A stretch of 59,771 bases of DNA from an uncultured Desulfatiglans sp. (GCA_964499695.1 CAZCMD010000007.1:1-59771), one strand, 5' to 3'. Counted from the stretch's first letter, positions 17,397 through 27,081 are shown. Notes: generated from the sequence alone by a model not told the origin. Made by a program: numbers and translations.

Positions 17397-20057
17397 CTAT
17401 TTGCCCGGGAGATTCAGAAACCTGGCCCTGACAAATTCAACCTCTTCCTTTTTACTGTTGACCCTGTTTTTAAGCCTTGCCTCCAGGAGACAGGCGAATA
17501 TTTCCCTGTATAATGGCCCTGGTTCAAACCCCATTGCCTTCAAGTCCTTACCCTTAACGCTTACGGACATACCCTTTAACTTGGTGAAATAATTGGATAT
17601 AACCTTTTTTATCTTCTCATTGTTAGCCTTGGCCATTATGAAAAGCAGGAACTCTGTATCATATTGTGAGAGTAAAGTATAGATACTATAATTATCATCG
17701 GTTTCCGTCCTGAAGAGGCGGTCAAGCAACTGCCATACATCCTGCCTGTGGGCATTCATCCTTACGCACTCAAGGTCATTCATCATAAGTCTTGTAATAA
17801 GGCTGTTGTATTCTTCACTATCCAGATTTGAGGTAAATGCAAACCAGTATATCTTCCATGTGTCACAGGCCTCTTCCAGATAAAGAAGCCTGAACCAGGA
17901 GATTACATCGCCGATACTTTCCATTAATTTCAATAATTTGTCATTATAGTCAATATTGACTGAGATAAATTTCAACAGATCAAACTGATACATCCTGGTG
18001 ATCGCCTTTACAGGCTCATCCTCCATGAGGATAAGTTTTAACTCCATGAAAAGCCTTCTCCCGGACAGGTCTTTAAAACAGTTGATATCCACCGCATTTT
18101 TGATAAGGGACAGGGTAAGTTTCCCGATTTTAAAACCAAAACGCTGCTCAAATCTAATGGCCCTGAAGACACGGGTGGGGTCTTCAACAAAGGAGAGGTT
18201 ATGAAGCACCCTTATCACCCTCTCTTTAATATCCTTCTGGCCCCCGAAATAATCTATAAGCTCTCCGTAATCCCTGCTGTTAAGCCTTACAGCAAGGGTG
18301 TTGATGGTAAAATCCCTCCTGAAAAGGTCCATTTTTAATGAGCTTGTTTCCACGGTTGGCGGTGCAGCAGGGGTCTCATAGTATTCCATACGTGCGGTCG
18401 CCACATCCACCTTGAACCCATCCGGAAACACAAGGACCGCTGTCCCGAATTTTTTATGGCTCCTTACCCTTATGTTGTGATCCTTTGCAAACTCATGGGC
18501 AAAGGCGATGCCGTCACCTTCAATAACTATATCTATATCAAAATTTACCTGCTTTAAAAGTATATCCCTTACCATACCGCCTACCAGATAGGCCCTGTAT
18601 CCAAGTCTGTCCGCACAGTCACCGAATTGTCTCAGGATATTCAAGATATTTTCCGGCACCTGCTCCTTCAGCATGGGGGTAAGGTTTCGGCTTTTTGTAA
18701 AATGTAAACTATGGGAGGAATCATATAAGTAATCATTAATGACAGGGCCGCCCACAAGGATATTCATAAGATCCGTGCGTGTAATAACACCCATAATGGC
18801 CCCGTCCCTTAATACGGGAAGTACACGCAGGTTATTTTTAATGATCAGCTCCTGGACATCGCTTAAGGGGGTATCAGGCGTTACCGTATGAAAATCGATA
18901 TTCATATACTCCCTTACCGGTATATGACCAAGGTTAAAGAAGACCGCCTTCTCCATGATCTGCCTTGTGATATAACCCTCAAGCTTTCCGGCCTTGTTTA
19001 CCACGAGAAGGACATTGATATTGTATCTGGTTAAGAGTGAAGAGGCATCCTTTACGCTTTTTTCAGGCAGGATATGGATAACCGGGGATGTCATCATGTC
19101 CTTTGCTGTCTTGCCCTTTTTAATAAAGTTCTTGAGAAGGTTCATAAGGGTACTTTCAACCTGGATCACCGTCTTTTTTCCTATCGTTGCAGAGGCTGCC
19201 TGTGGATGCCCCCCGCCCCCGAATTCAAGGGCGATCTCTGCCACATTGACCGCATCATTTCTGCTTCTTGCAACAAGGTAGATCTTGTCCTCCATCTGGG
19301 CCATGGCAAAGAGAACCTGTATGTTTTCCATATCCATAAATTTATGGACAAGCATGGCAAAATCCCCGATATATTCCTCCCTTACAACCTTTGCCGTAAC
19401 CACCTCAACACCGTTGATTACGGTTTTTACAGCAGACTGGGTGAGATCATTCAGCACCCATACCTGTTCGGCGGTGAGTTCCCTTGTTAAAAGGCCTGAT
19501 AAGATATTCCTGTCTGCACCCTTTTCAGTGAGCCATGCTGCCACAATATGGTCATCAGGTGTAGTGGATGAAAAGGTGAATGAACCTGTATCCTCATGCA
19601 TACCCAAAAGCATAACAGTTGCCTCGTCAGAGGTAAGACTCAGGTTTTTATCCTTTATTATCTGTGCAAGTATGGTTGTTGTTGATCCAAGGGGTTTAAT
19701 AAACTCCTGATTCCCCTTGATATCATCATTTGAAGGGGGATGATGATCATATATGTGTATATCGAGCCCCTCTTTATCTATAATATCCGAGAACCTGCCA
19801 ATCCGGTCTTTCTGCCTTGTGTCTACAAGTATAAGCCTTTTTATGGCATTAAAATCTATCTGTTTTGTCCTGGCAAAGCTGAAGAGATATGACAATGAAT
19901 GGATAAAAAAATTCCTCAGGTTTTTTTCCTGTGAACCGGGGAAAACAATAGTGGCATCAGGGTAAAGCTTCTTTGCTGCCACCATTGAAGAGAGGGCATC
20001 AAAATCGGCATTTATATGGGTTGTTATGATCTCTGTAAAGGCTGTTTCGGACATCAT
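17397..20057 (-). CDS. DHH/DHHA1 phosphoesterase - tandem CBS - poly(A) polymerase/CCA-adding nucleotidyltransferase fusion
   Basis: N-terminal HINADFDALSS and DHH (IYDHHPP) with GGGH (DHHA1). The middle has a CBS pair. The C-terminus has YLVGGMVRDILL..DIDIV plus the RRDFTINT head-domain motifs. I chose the ATG at 20057 after AGAGGG; the ORF-track start is 20078. Confidence 0.8.
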   Translation of the reverse strand: MMSETAFTEIITTHINADFDALSSMVAAKKLYPDATIVFPGSQEKNLRNFFIHSLSYLFSFARTKQIDFNAIKRLILVDTRQKDRIGRFSDIIDKEGLDIHIYDHHPPSNDDIKGNQEFIKPLGSTTTILAQIIKDKNLSLTSDEATVMLLGMHEDTGSFTFSSTTPDDHIVAAWLTEKGADRNILSGLLTRELTAEQVWVLNDLTQSAVKTVINGVEVVTAKVVREEYIGDFAMLVHKFMDMENIQVLFAMAQMEDKIYLVARSRNDAVNVAEIALEFGGGGHPQAASATIGKKTVIQVESTLMNLLKNFIKKGKTAKDMMTSPVIHILPEKSVKDASSLLTRYNINVLLVVNKAGKLEGYITRQIMEKAVFFNLGHIPVREYMNIDFHTVTPDTPLSDVQELIIKNNLRVLPVLRDGAIMGVITRTDLMNILVGGPVINDYLYDSSHSLHFTKSRNLTPMLKEQVPENILNILRQFGDCADRLGYRAYLVGGMVRDILLKQVNFDIDIVIEGDGIAFAHEFAKDHNIRVRSHKKFGTAVLVFPDGFKVDVATARMEYYETPAAPPTVETSSLKMDLFRRDFTINTLAVRLNSRDYGELIDYFGGQKDIKERVIRVLHNLSFVEDPTRVFRAIRFEQRFGFKIGKLTLSLIKNAVDINCFKDLSGRRLFMELKLILMEDEPVKAITRMYQFDLLKFISVNIDYNDKLLKLMESIGDVISWFRLLYLEEACDTWKIYWFAFTSNLDSEEYNSLITRLMMNDLECVRMNAHRQDVWQLLDRLFRTETDDNYSIYTLLSQYDTEFLLFIMAKANNEKIKKVISNYFTKLKGMSVSVKGKDLKAMGFEPGPLYREIFACLLEARLKNRVNSKKEEVEFVRARFLNLPGK

Positions 20058-20132
20058 CCCTCTTTTTATTAACAGCAACTATAGATTTCCCTGACCTGGA
20101 ATGATACAGGATAGATTCATATTGGCCAGGGA

Positions 20133-20164
20133 TAAAAAAAGCCGGGCATCTATCCGCTCCGGCT
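20133..20164 (-). terminator. Rho-independent terminator after the dksA-family gene
   Basis: The minus strand reads AGCCGGAGCGGATAGATGCCCGGCT followed by TTTTTTT. Confidence 0.6.
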
Positions 20165-20194
20165 GTACTTTATAAAAAGAAAAAGGATCTGAGA

Positions 20195-20560
20195 CTATTT
20201 CCCTTTTAATTTTTCCTCATCTTCCTGTTTGGTTTTGCAATCTATACATAAAGTGGTTACAGGCCGTGCCTTGAGTCTTTCAAAGGAGATATATTCTTCA
20301 CAGGATTCACATATGCCGTATGTCCCGTTTTCTATACGCTCAAGCGCCTCCTTTATCTTTCCGATGAGTTTTCTTTCCCTGTCGCGTATCCTCAAGGTAA
20401 AATTACGGTCTGATTCAAGGGTTGCCCTGTCTGTCGGATCAGGTATATTTTCAATCAGATCGCTCATGCCGGATACAGTCTTATTGACTTCACCCAGAAG
20501 CTCATCCAGACGCTCTGTGAGATGTTTCCTGAAATAATCCAACTGTTCCGTATTTAACAT
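20195..20560 (-). CDS. dksA: DksA/TraR-family C4 zinc-finger transcription factor
   Basis: CESCEEYI...CIDC zinc finger and a coiled-coil N-terminal half. I chose the internal ATG at 20560 (MLNTEQL). Confidence 0.78.
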   Translation of the reverse strand: MLNTEQLDYFRKHLTERLDELLGEVNKTVSGMSDLIENIPDPTDRATLESDRNFTLRIRDRERKLIGKIKEALERIENGTYGICESCEEYISFERLKARPVTTLCIDCKTKQEDEEKLKGK

Positions 20561-20689
20561 GTTAACCCATTTAACTCCGTAACCAGAATATATATTCCGG
20601 TAAGATAACAAATATTTACCTGAAAAAGCAATCCATTTTTTATATCAGTCAGGCAAGACCCTGAGCCTGCCGATAATTACCTGACCCTT

Positions 20690-21784
20690 TTAACCAAACA
20701 GCTTTCTTTTCTTTTTCTTCCTGTCTATCCCTTCTGTTTTTGCAAACTCATCAAGAAGTTCCTGCTGTTTACTGCTCAGTTTTTTTGGTATCAGCACATT
20801 CAGTTTAACAAGGAGCTGTCCCCTTTTCCTGCTGTTGATGCCTGGCATACCCATTTCAGGGACTGATATGATATCGCCGGGCTGAGTGCCCTTTGGGATA
20901 TCCATTTCATAACCTTCTTCTGCGCCAATAACAGGGATTGTTATCGTATCACCAAGGGCAGCCTGTACAAATGAGACAGGTATCTCGCAATACAAATGAT
21001 CACCTTCCCTTTTAAAGAGGTTATGCTCTTTTACATGTATTACTACAAACAGGTCGCCAGCAGGGCCACCAAGATCTCCTGCCTCGCCTTCACCCCTGAG
21101 CCTGAGTTGCGATCCCGAGTCAACTCCGGGAGGTATCTTAAGATTGATACTGCGCTCAATCTGTACCTTGCCCCTGCCGCTGCAATCTTTACAGGGATCT
21201 TTTATTATACGGCCTGAACCGTTGCATGAAGGGCATGTTGTCTTTATCTGAAAAAAACCCTGAGAGCGCACTACCTGGCCATTCCCGCGGCATGTGCCGC
21301 ATACCTGGGGGGTGCTTCCCGGGGTTACACCTGAGCCGTCACATGTTTTACATGCGCCCCATTTTTTAAACTCTATAACCTCTTCCTTGCCGGAGAACGC
21401 CTCTTCAAGGGAGATCTCCATGTTATACCTTAAACTGTTACCCTGAACAGGCCTGTTCCGCCTCCTGCTACCCGAACCGAAGCTGAAAAAGTCCTCAAAA
21501 ATATCTCCAAAACTGGAGAAGATATCATCAAAGCCGGAAAATCCCCTGAAGCCTGTGCCCTGAAGTCCTTCGTGCCCATACTGGTCGTATATCTGCCTTT
21601 TCTCGCCGTCCCTTAAGACCTCATATGCCTCTGAGGCCTCTTTGAATTTTTCTTCGGCCTCCTTGTTACCGGGATTTCTGTCAGGGTGATACTGCATTGC
21701 AAGCTTTCTATAAGCCCTTTTTATATCGTCATCCCCTGCATCCCTGGATATATTAAGGGTCTCATAGTAATCTTTTTTATCCAT
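20690..21784 (-). CDS. dnaJ: Molecular chaperone DnaJ
   Basis: J-domain with HPD, a G/F-rich linker and four CxxCxGxG zinc-finger repeats. Confidence 0.95.
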   Translation of the reverse strand: MDKKDYYETLNISRDAGDDDIKRAYRKLAMQYHPDRNPGNKEAEEKFKEASEAYEVLRDGEKRQIYDQYGHEGLQGTGFRGFSGFDDIFSSFGDIFEDFFSFGSGSRRRNRPVQGNSLRYNMEISLEEAFSGKEEVIEFKKWGACKTCDGSGVTPGSTPQVCGTCRGNGQVVRSQGFFQIKTTCPSCNGSGRIIKDPCKDCSGRGKVQIERSINLKIPPGVDSGSQLRLRGEGEAGDLGGPAGDLFVVIHVKEHNLFKREGDHLYCEIPVSFVQAALGDTITIPVIGAEEGYEMDIPKGTQPGDIISVPEMGMPGINSRKRGQLLVKLNVLIPKKLSSKQQELLDEFAKTEGIDRKKKKRKLFG

Positions 21785-21804
21785 TTTGATTCAACCCTGG
21801 CATC

Positions 21805-22077
21805 CTATAATAGATCATCTTCCGAGATTGTACTTTCCATCAGTTCAGGCAGGAGATCCTTCTTACTCTCACTTAAGAGACGGGCCTCTTCTTCGGTCTG
21901 AATAGTGATATTACCTTCAGCTATTTCCCTCAGCGAAAGCACTATATCCCTGTTCTTTGATGAAATTGTAGGCTCAGCGCCCTTTCTCAACTGTCTGACC
22001 CTTTTCGCAACCATATGGATCAGGGTAAACCGGTTATTAACATGATTAAGGCAATCCTCTACAGTTATTCGTGCCAT
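21805..22077 (-). CDS. rpoZ: DNA-directed RNA polymerase omega subunit
   Basis: MARITVEDCL..NRF.L..VAKRVRQL signature, 90 aa. Confidence 0.9.
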   Translation of the reverse strand: MARITVEDCLNHVNNRFTLIHMVAKRVRQLRKGAEPTISSKNRDIVLSLREIAEGNITIQTEEEARLLSESKKDLLPELMESTISEDDLL

Positions 22078-22321
22078 GTAATACTCCTTTAAATGTGACT
22101 TATATTCCCAAATTTAAAAACTTTACTTTTTAACACTTATGATATTAAATGTAAAGTCGATTTAAACACATGTTTTAAAGGGCTTATATCTTTTCTGCCC
22201 TGTAAGAATCAAATCAGATTTACTTATTTACCGATGACTTCATATTTAAAAGCACCGCCCGGGATATTTCACACACCATTTCTCAGGCGGCAAATTATAA
22301 AACCATACACCGGAGCAAGAT

Positions 22322-23851
22322 ATGATAGCCAGGGTACTAAGCAGCGCGGTAATCGGCATTGATGCCTACATCGTTGAGGTTGAGGTAGACATCTCACAGG
22401 GACTCCCTGCCTTTTCAACTGTCGGCCTGCCTGAAGGGGCAGTTAGGGAAAGCAAGGAAAGGGTCAGGACCTCAATAAAAAATTCAGGTTATCATTTCCC
22501 ATCTGACAGGATTACTGTCAACCTCGCTCCTGCCGATACAAAAAAAGAAGGAACCGCCTTTGACCTTCCTATGGCGGTCGGCATCCTGACTGCTACCGGT
22601 GTTATCCCTGAAAACCCCAATAAAAAATATCTTATTATGGGCGAATTATCCCTTGACGGCCTTATACGACCTGTAAAGGGAATTCTGCCTGTTGCCGTAT
22701 CTGCAAAGGAAACAGGCATTGACGGCATATTTCTCCCGGTTGAAAATGCTATGGAGGCATCTGTTGTAAAAGGCCTTAATATTTACCCTGTTAATACCCT
22801 CTCTCAACTGGTAGAAATTTTATCAGGGCAGGTAAATACTAACCCCTTTATCGCCGATTTCAACGGCCTTTTTGAAAAAAAAGAGATGGAGATAGATTTC
22901 AGTGACGTTAAAGGGCAGGATAATGTCAAACGGGCAATGGAGATAGCTGCTGCCGGAAACCATAATATAATAATGATCGGCCCGCCAGGCGCCGGTAAGA
23001 CCATGCTTGCAAAGCGTATACATACTATCCTCCCTGACCTTTCATTTGAAGAGGCCATTGAGACATCAAAGGTATACAGCGTAATGGGTCTTATGCCAGA
23101 GGCTAAGGGGCTGATCACTACCAGGCCATTCAGGGCGCCTCACCATACAGTCTCTGATGCAGGGCTCATAGGTGGAGGCCAGAACCCCAAACCCGGAGAG
23201 GTAAGCCTTGCCCATAACGGGGTGCTGTTTCTGGATGAGATACCGGAGTTCAAAAAAAACGTACTTGAGGTGCTGAGACAGCCAATGGAAGATGGGTATG
23301 TGACCATCACAAGGGCCAACTCCACAGTAACATACCCGGCAAACTTTATGCTGGTTGCTGCCATGAACCCATGCCCCTGCGGCTATTTCGGGAGCACCAA
23401 AAGGGAGTGTCACTGCTCATACACACAGATTCAGAGATATAGAACCAAGATTTCAGGGCCTCTTATGGACCGGATAGATATCCATATGGATGTACCGGCA
23501 GTGGAATACAGGGACCTCTCTGCAAAGGCAGAGGGCAAGACCTCCAAGGAGATACTACAAAACCTTAAAAAGGCAAGAGAGATACAGAAGGATCGTTTCA
23601 AGGGTTTAAAGATCCACAATAATGCGAACATGACAGGAAGGCACATAAAAAAATTCTGTGAGATAGACAATGATTCTGACCGGCTGCTGGAAACAGCCAT
23701 GGAAAAGCTGGGTTTAAGCGCCAGGGCACATTCAAGGATACTCAAGATAGCAAGAACGATTGCTGATGTGGATGGGAGCGAAAAAATCAGCGCAGATCAT
23801 GTTGCCGAGGCCATACAGTACAGGAGCCTTGACAGGAAGGTGTTAAGATAA
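22322..23851 (+). CDS. yifB: YifB/ComM family Mg-chelatase-like AAA+ ATPase
   Basis: N-terminal Lon-protease-like domain (ChlI N) and Walker A GPPGAGKT. Also GVLFLDE and the CPCGY zinc motif. 509 aa. Confidence 0.9.
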   Translation: MIARVLSSAVIGIDAYIVEVEVDISQGLPAFSTVGLPEGAVRESKERVRTSIKNSGYHFPSDRITVNLAPADTKKEGTAFDLPMAVGILTATGVIPENPNKKYLIMGELSLDGLIRPVKGILPVAVSAKETGIDGIFLPVENAMEASVVKGLNIYPVNTLSQLVEILSGQVNTNPFIADFNGLFEKKEMEIDFSDVKGQDNVKRAMEIAAAGNHNIIMIGPPGAGKTMLAKRIHTILPDLSFEEAIETSKVYSVMGLMPEAKGLITTRPFRAPHHTVSDAGLIGGGQNPKPGEVSLAHNGVLFLDEIPEFKKNVLEVLRQPMEDGYVTITRANSTVTYPANFMLVAAMNPCPCGYFGSTKRECHCSYTQIQRYRTKISGPLMDRIDIHMDVPAVEYRDLSAKAEGKTSKEILQNLKKAREIQKDRFKGLKIHNNANMTGRHIKKFCEIDNDSDRLLETAMEKLGLSARAHSRILKIARTIADVDGSEKISADHVAEAIQYRSLDRKVLR

Positions 23852-23925
23852 TGATTGGCTCACTTTTTCCTTTGAACAATAAAAGGCGATATCACAGGTA
23901 TTGATATGTGAGATGAATCTCTTTC

Positions 23926-23967
23926 TTGACAATGTAGTTATACTTTATTATTTTATTTGGTATAACT
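23926..23967 (+). promoter_or_regulatory. Putative promoter and operator of the AbrB/PIN operon
   Basis: TTGACA at 23926-23931 and TATTTT at 23949-23954 with a 17-nt spacer. An 8-bp inverted repeat, AGTTATAC (23936-23943) / GTATAACT (23960-23967), brackets the -10 element. Confidence 0.4.
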
Positions 23968-23989
23968 ATTGTATCAAGGAGGTTCAACA

Positions 23990-24289
23990 ATGGCTACCTT
24001 ATTAAAATCAAATGGCAATATGGAGATGAAGGTATTTCACAAAGGTCAGGTTGTTATCCCTGTGGTCCTTAGAAAAAAATACAATATTGGCATCGGAGAT
24101 AGTATTCAGGCAATACCCTCTAAAGATGGTATTTTAATAAAACTTTTACCAAAAACTAAAAAATCACCATCATTAACTGATAACTTATTCGGTATTTTTG
24201 CAAATTACACAAAAGGCAATAAAAAGATTAAAAAGAAAGAGATATCAGAGGCAACCGAAAAAGGGTTCATAGAGGGCTGGGGAAAATGA
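23990..24289 (+). CDS. AbrB/SpoVT (MazE-like) family antitoxin
   Basis: The core KGQVVIPVVLRKKYNIGIGD is a SpoVT-AbrB swapped-hairpin motif. AAGGAGG RBS lies before the ATG at 23990. A 4-bp ATGA overlap joins it to the downstream PIN gene. Confidence 0.75.
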   Translation: MATLLKSNGNMEMKVFHKGQVVIPVVLRKKYNIGIGDSIQAIPSKDGILIKLLPKTKKSPSLTDNLFGIFANYTKGNKKIKKKEISEATEKGFIEGWGK

Positions 24290-24687
24290 TAGCACTGCTT
24301 GATACCAATACTATTTTACGATTTCTTACAGCTGATAAAAATATAATATATAAAAATCTTCATTCTTTCTTCCATTCTATTGAAACCGGTAAAATAAACG
24401 TTGAATTAAAACTTATTGTTTTATTTCAGGTAATTTTTGTCCTCAAAAGTTTTTATAAAGTACCAAAAGAAGAGATTGCTCACGCATTATCAACGCTTAT
24501 CAGTTACAAAGGAATCAGGATCAAGGAAAAAAAGGTCGTTCTTCGCAGTCTTGATTTATGGAAAACAAAAAATGTTGAAATTGTTGACTGTTATCTGATT
24601 GCCTGCCTTGAGGGAGATAAACAGAATATCCTGTATAGTTATGACCATGATTTTGACAGGTTTAATATTAATCGTATTGAGCCTTAA
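24286..24687 (+). CDS. vapC: PIN-domain toxin (VapC-like)
   Basis: 133 aa. N-terminal LLDTN acidic motif and C-terminal SYDHDFDR. It is translationally coupled to the antitoxin. Confidence 0.72.
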   Translation: MIALLDTNTILRFLTADKNIIYKNLHSFFHSIETGKINVELKLIVLFQVIFVLKSFYKVPKEEIAHALSTLISYKGIRIKEKKVVLRSLDLWKTKNVEIVDCYLIACLEGDKQNILYSYDHDFDRFNINRIEP

Positions 24688-24758
24688 TAATAAAACAGGG
24701 AGGGTCAAAAATGCTGATGCACAGGTTTCAATATACAAAACTCACCAGGGATCAGATT
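24448..24758. repeat. Left copy of an approximately 311-bp direct repeat (PIN 3' end, intergenic spacer, first 48 nt of the MoaF-like gene)
   Basis: 24487-24758 reads identical to 38405-38676 at a constant offset of 13918. 24448-24486 matches with 1 mismatch plus a 6-nt divergent block. Confidence 0.88.
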
Positions 24759-24788
24759 AATAAAAAGTTTGCTGCGCTTAAGAAATGA
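24711..24788 (+). pseudogene. Truncated, diverging 5' end of a MoaF-like gene
   Basis: MLMHRFQYTKLTRDQI is identical to the start of the 38629 gene. It then diverges (NKKFAALKK*) with residual nucleotide similarity continuing to about 24800. Confidence 0.6.
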
Positions 24789-24935
24789 CCTGAATGTGCT
24801 TCAGGGCTATCAAACCCCAACATAGGCTTGGGGTCTGCCCTTGACTCTTACTCGTTTAAGCTGTCCAATCCTTAAGAGTCATCGACAGATCTGAGTCCTT
24901 TTCGGTTCGCCCCTTTTAGGTTCCCGCTCATATTA

Positions 24936-26833
24936 AGGTGGACGCTGTAAGGTTATTAGGTTAAATCGCACCAACCTAATAACCGATTCCTGAGAAGTAA
25001 CTCTTGCGCATGATGCAAGCATGTGTTAGGAAAAATCATGTACAAGAAAACCAATCCCCAACAAAAGTTATTCGGTGTAGGCAGTGAGTTATCAGCCAGC
25101 TTACGTAACCGCCTTGAAACCTCATGGGCACACCTGTTTAAAACTGAGATACTTCCAATACTCTTCAGGAACGAAGATCAGTATGCTTTTCTGTATGGTA
25201 AGACAGGCCGCCCTAATTTCAGTGTTGCACGCATGCTTGGTTTATGCCTACTGCAAGAGTTTAACAACTTGAGCGATCAGCAAGCCCTTGATACATTCAG
25301 CTTTGATATCCGGTGGCGTTATGCATTAGATATCAGTGACGATGGAGATTATCTGTCTCGCAGGTCACTGGTTGAGTTCCGGAGGAGACTAGCCGCCAAA
25401 GACCCGGAAATGAAACTGGTTCGCAATGTATTTGATACTGTCAGAAACCAGGCATTAAAGAAGCTTGGTCTATCTACCAACGATCAGAGGGTCGATTCAA
25501 CACATGTTATCTCAAACATAAGAATCCGGGGAAGGTTAGCCCTGTTTTCCGATACTATCTCACATTTTCTTAAAAGTCTTACTGAAGGCCAGTTTTCAAA
25601 AGTACCAGAAGCAATACAGAAGTGGCATACCACTGATCATGAAGGTTGGTTTGGATTGGGACCATCTGAACAAAGGGATAAACTACAGGATCTGGCCGAA
25701 TATCTGTACTCGCTAATTATCCTCTTTGAACATGATAATGAGGTAATAAGCAGTGAACCCTACCAACTCATGAATAGACTCTTTAATGAACAGTGCGAGT
25801 TAAAAAACAACCTTAAATCAGATGAAGGATCATCTAAGATTACTGTTAAAAAGAAGCTGGAAGGCGGAACAAACCTTCAATCCCCTTATGATCCTGATGC
25901 ATCCTATGGACACAAGGGCGCGGGATACAGTGTTCATATAGCCGAGACATGTAATAACCAAGAGAAGACAGAAATCATAACTGATTATGAAGTTCATGGA
26001 GCTGGCAGGTCAGACATAGGAAAAGCTGTTTCAGTTGTCGAGCGGTTAGATAATGCCGGATTAAAACCTAAAACTCTTTTTGCAGATGGCGGTTATCCAT
26101 CTGTTCCATCAGCACTAAAGATAACAGAACAGGAAATTGAGTTCATTACGCCGGTCAACCGTGCCAGGTTGTCTGAAAATATCATGGGCAGAGATAGTTT
26201 TGAGTATGACTCAGAAGGCTTTCTAGTAAAATGCCCCATGGGAAACAGCCCGATAGATCACAGGATGCTCAGCCATAACAACCAAAAGGGAAGCTCTCTT
26301 CATGCCATATTTGATGGAGATACCTGCCGTAAGTGCAGTCAGCTTGACAGATGCCCAGTAAGGGCTCCCAACCACCGCAGTAAAGGATGCAAACCAAGAG
26401 GAACTATTGGTAACTTTCGTCTTGAGATTACACCAGGAATCATCCTTCGGGATAGGATGTTTTTCATTCAGAAAACTCCTGATTGGAAAGAACGATACAG
26501 CATACGTGCAGGTATTGAAGCAACCAATTCTGAACTCAAACGTGTTCATGGCTTGGCCAAACTACGTGTACGCAGGGCAGCAAAAGTTTGTTTTGCGATA
26601 GCCTGTAAGTTGATAGCATGTAACATAAAGAGGTGGGCCAAGGCCCAGAAGGCTTCCAAAAGGCCATTATACGGCTTTTTATGCATGCTAAAGATCGGAA
26701 TGCGATATTTTTTCAGGATATATTCGGATATCATTTTTTCAAAGAACGAGTACTGCATATATAATTTTTAATACTTGTTCTGCTAAAAAAGGGCACTTAT
26801 TTCTCAGGAGTCATAACCTAACAGCGTCCCCCT
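24936..26833 (+). mobile_element. IS element of the IS1182/IS5 superfamily
   Basis: Terminal inverted repeats AGGTGGACGCTGTAAGGTTAT (24936-24956) and the reverse complement of 26813-26833, AGGGGGACGCTGTTAGGTTAT (19/21 match). They enclose a single DDE transposase gene. Confidence 0.75.
25038..26771 (+). CDS. DDE transposase with a DUF772-like N-terminus and a Y-x2-R-x3-E-x6-K signature
   Basis: N-terminal FSVARMLGLCLLQEFNNLSDQQALD..IRWRYAL and C-terminal YSIRAGIEATNSELK (YREK). I chose the ATG at 25038 after AGGA; the ORF-track GTG is at 25023. Confidence 0.85.
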   Translation: MYKKTNPQQKLFGVGSELSASLRNRLETSWAHLFKTEILPILFRNEDQYAFLYGKTGRPNFSVARMLGLCLLQEFNNLSDQQALDTFSFDIRWRYALDISDDGDYLSRRSLVEFRRRLAAKDPEMKLVRNVFDTVRNQALKKLGLSTNDQRVDSTHVISNIRIRGRLALFSDTISHFLKSLTEGQFSKVPEAIQKWHTTDHEGWFGLGPSEQRDKLQDLAEYLYSLIILFEHDNEVISSEPYQLMNRLFNEQCELKNNLKSDEGSSKITVKKKLEGGTNLQSPYDPDASYGHKGAGYSVHIAETCNNQEKTEIITDYEVHGAGRSDIGKAVSVVERLDNAGLKPKTLFADGGYPSVPSALKITEQEIEFITPVNRARLSENIMGRDSFEYDSEGFLVKCPMGNSPIDHRMLSHNNQKGSSLHAIFDGDTCRKCSQLDRCPVRAPNHRSKGCKPRGTIGNFRLEITPGIILRDRMFFIQKTPDWKERYSIRAGIEATNSELKRVHGLAKLRVRRAAKVCFAIACKLIACNIKRWAKAQKASKRPLYGFLCMLKIGMRYFFRIYSDIIFSKNEYCIYNF

Positions 26834-26856
26834 CACTGCACTATAAAGGCCGGTAA

Positions 26857-27081
26857 ATGTTTGCTACATTTCTGATAGAAAGCGGAGAGCCCGATCTTAT
26901 GCGTGATCCATCGGGTGAAAACCTGGGATGGGTACAGAAAATGATGGGCCATTCTTCCCTAAAGATGATAACTGACAAATATTTCTCTTACATCCCTAAT
27001 ATGACCCATCAGGATGGGAGTAAATTCCTGGAGGAGTATGAAAAAAATGGGGAGGATGGGAAAGAAAAGATTGTTGTTTAA
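26857..27081 (+). pseudogene. C-terminal fragment of a tyrosine recombinase (integrase)
   Basis: FATFLIESGE...VQKMMGHSSLKMITDKYFSY matches the box II region (LGHxS...T..Y) of phage-type integrases. The fragment starts immediately at the right end of the IS, and the N-terminal roughly 80% of the gene is absent. Confidence 0.65.

Noticed and set aside
24789-24935. Possible tRNA/tmRNA-like integration target between the left repeat and the IS (hairpins CCCCAA..TTGGGG and GACTCTTA..TAAGAGTC)
   Set aside because: It has no cloverleaf, no GGTTCGAATCC-type T-loop and no CCA or acceptor pairing. The first part is better explained as decayed MoaF-like coding sequence.
26857-27081. 74-aa ORF considered as a functional small integrase or excisionase
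   Set aside because: It contains only the extreme C-terminal box II segment of a tyrosine recombinase. The catalytic Arg/His residues upstream are missing, and the ORF begins at the IS boundary.
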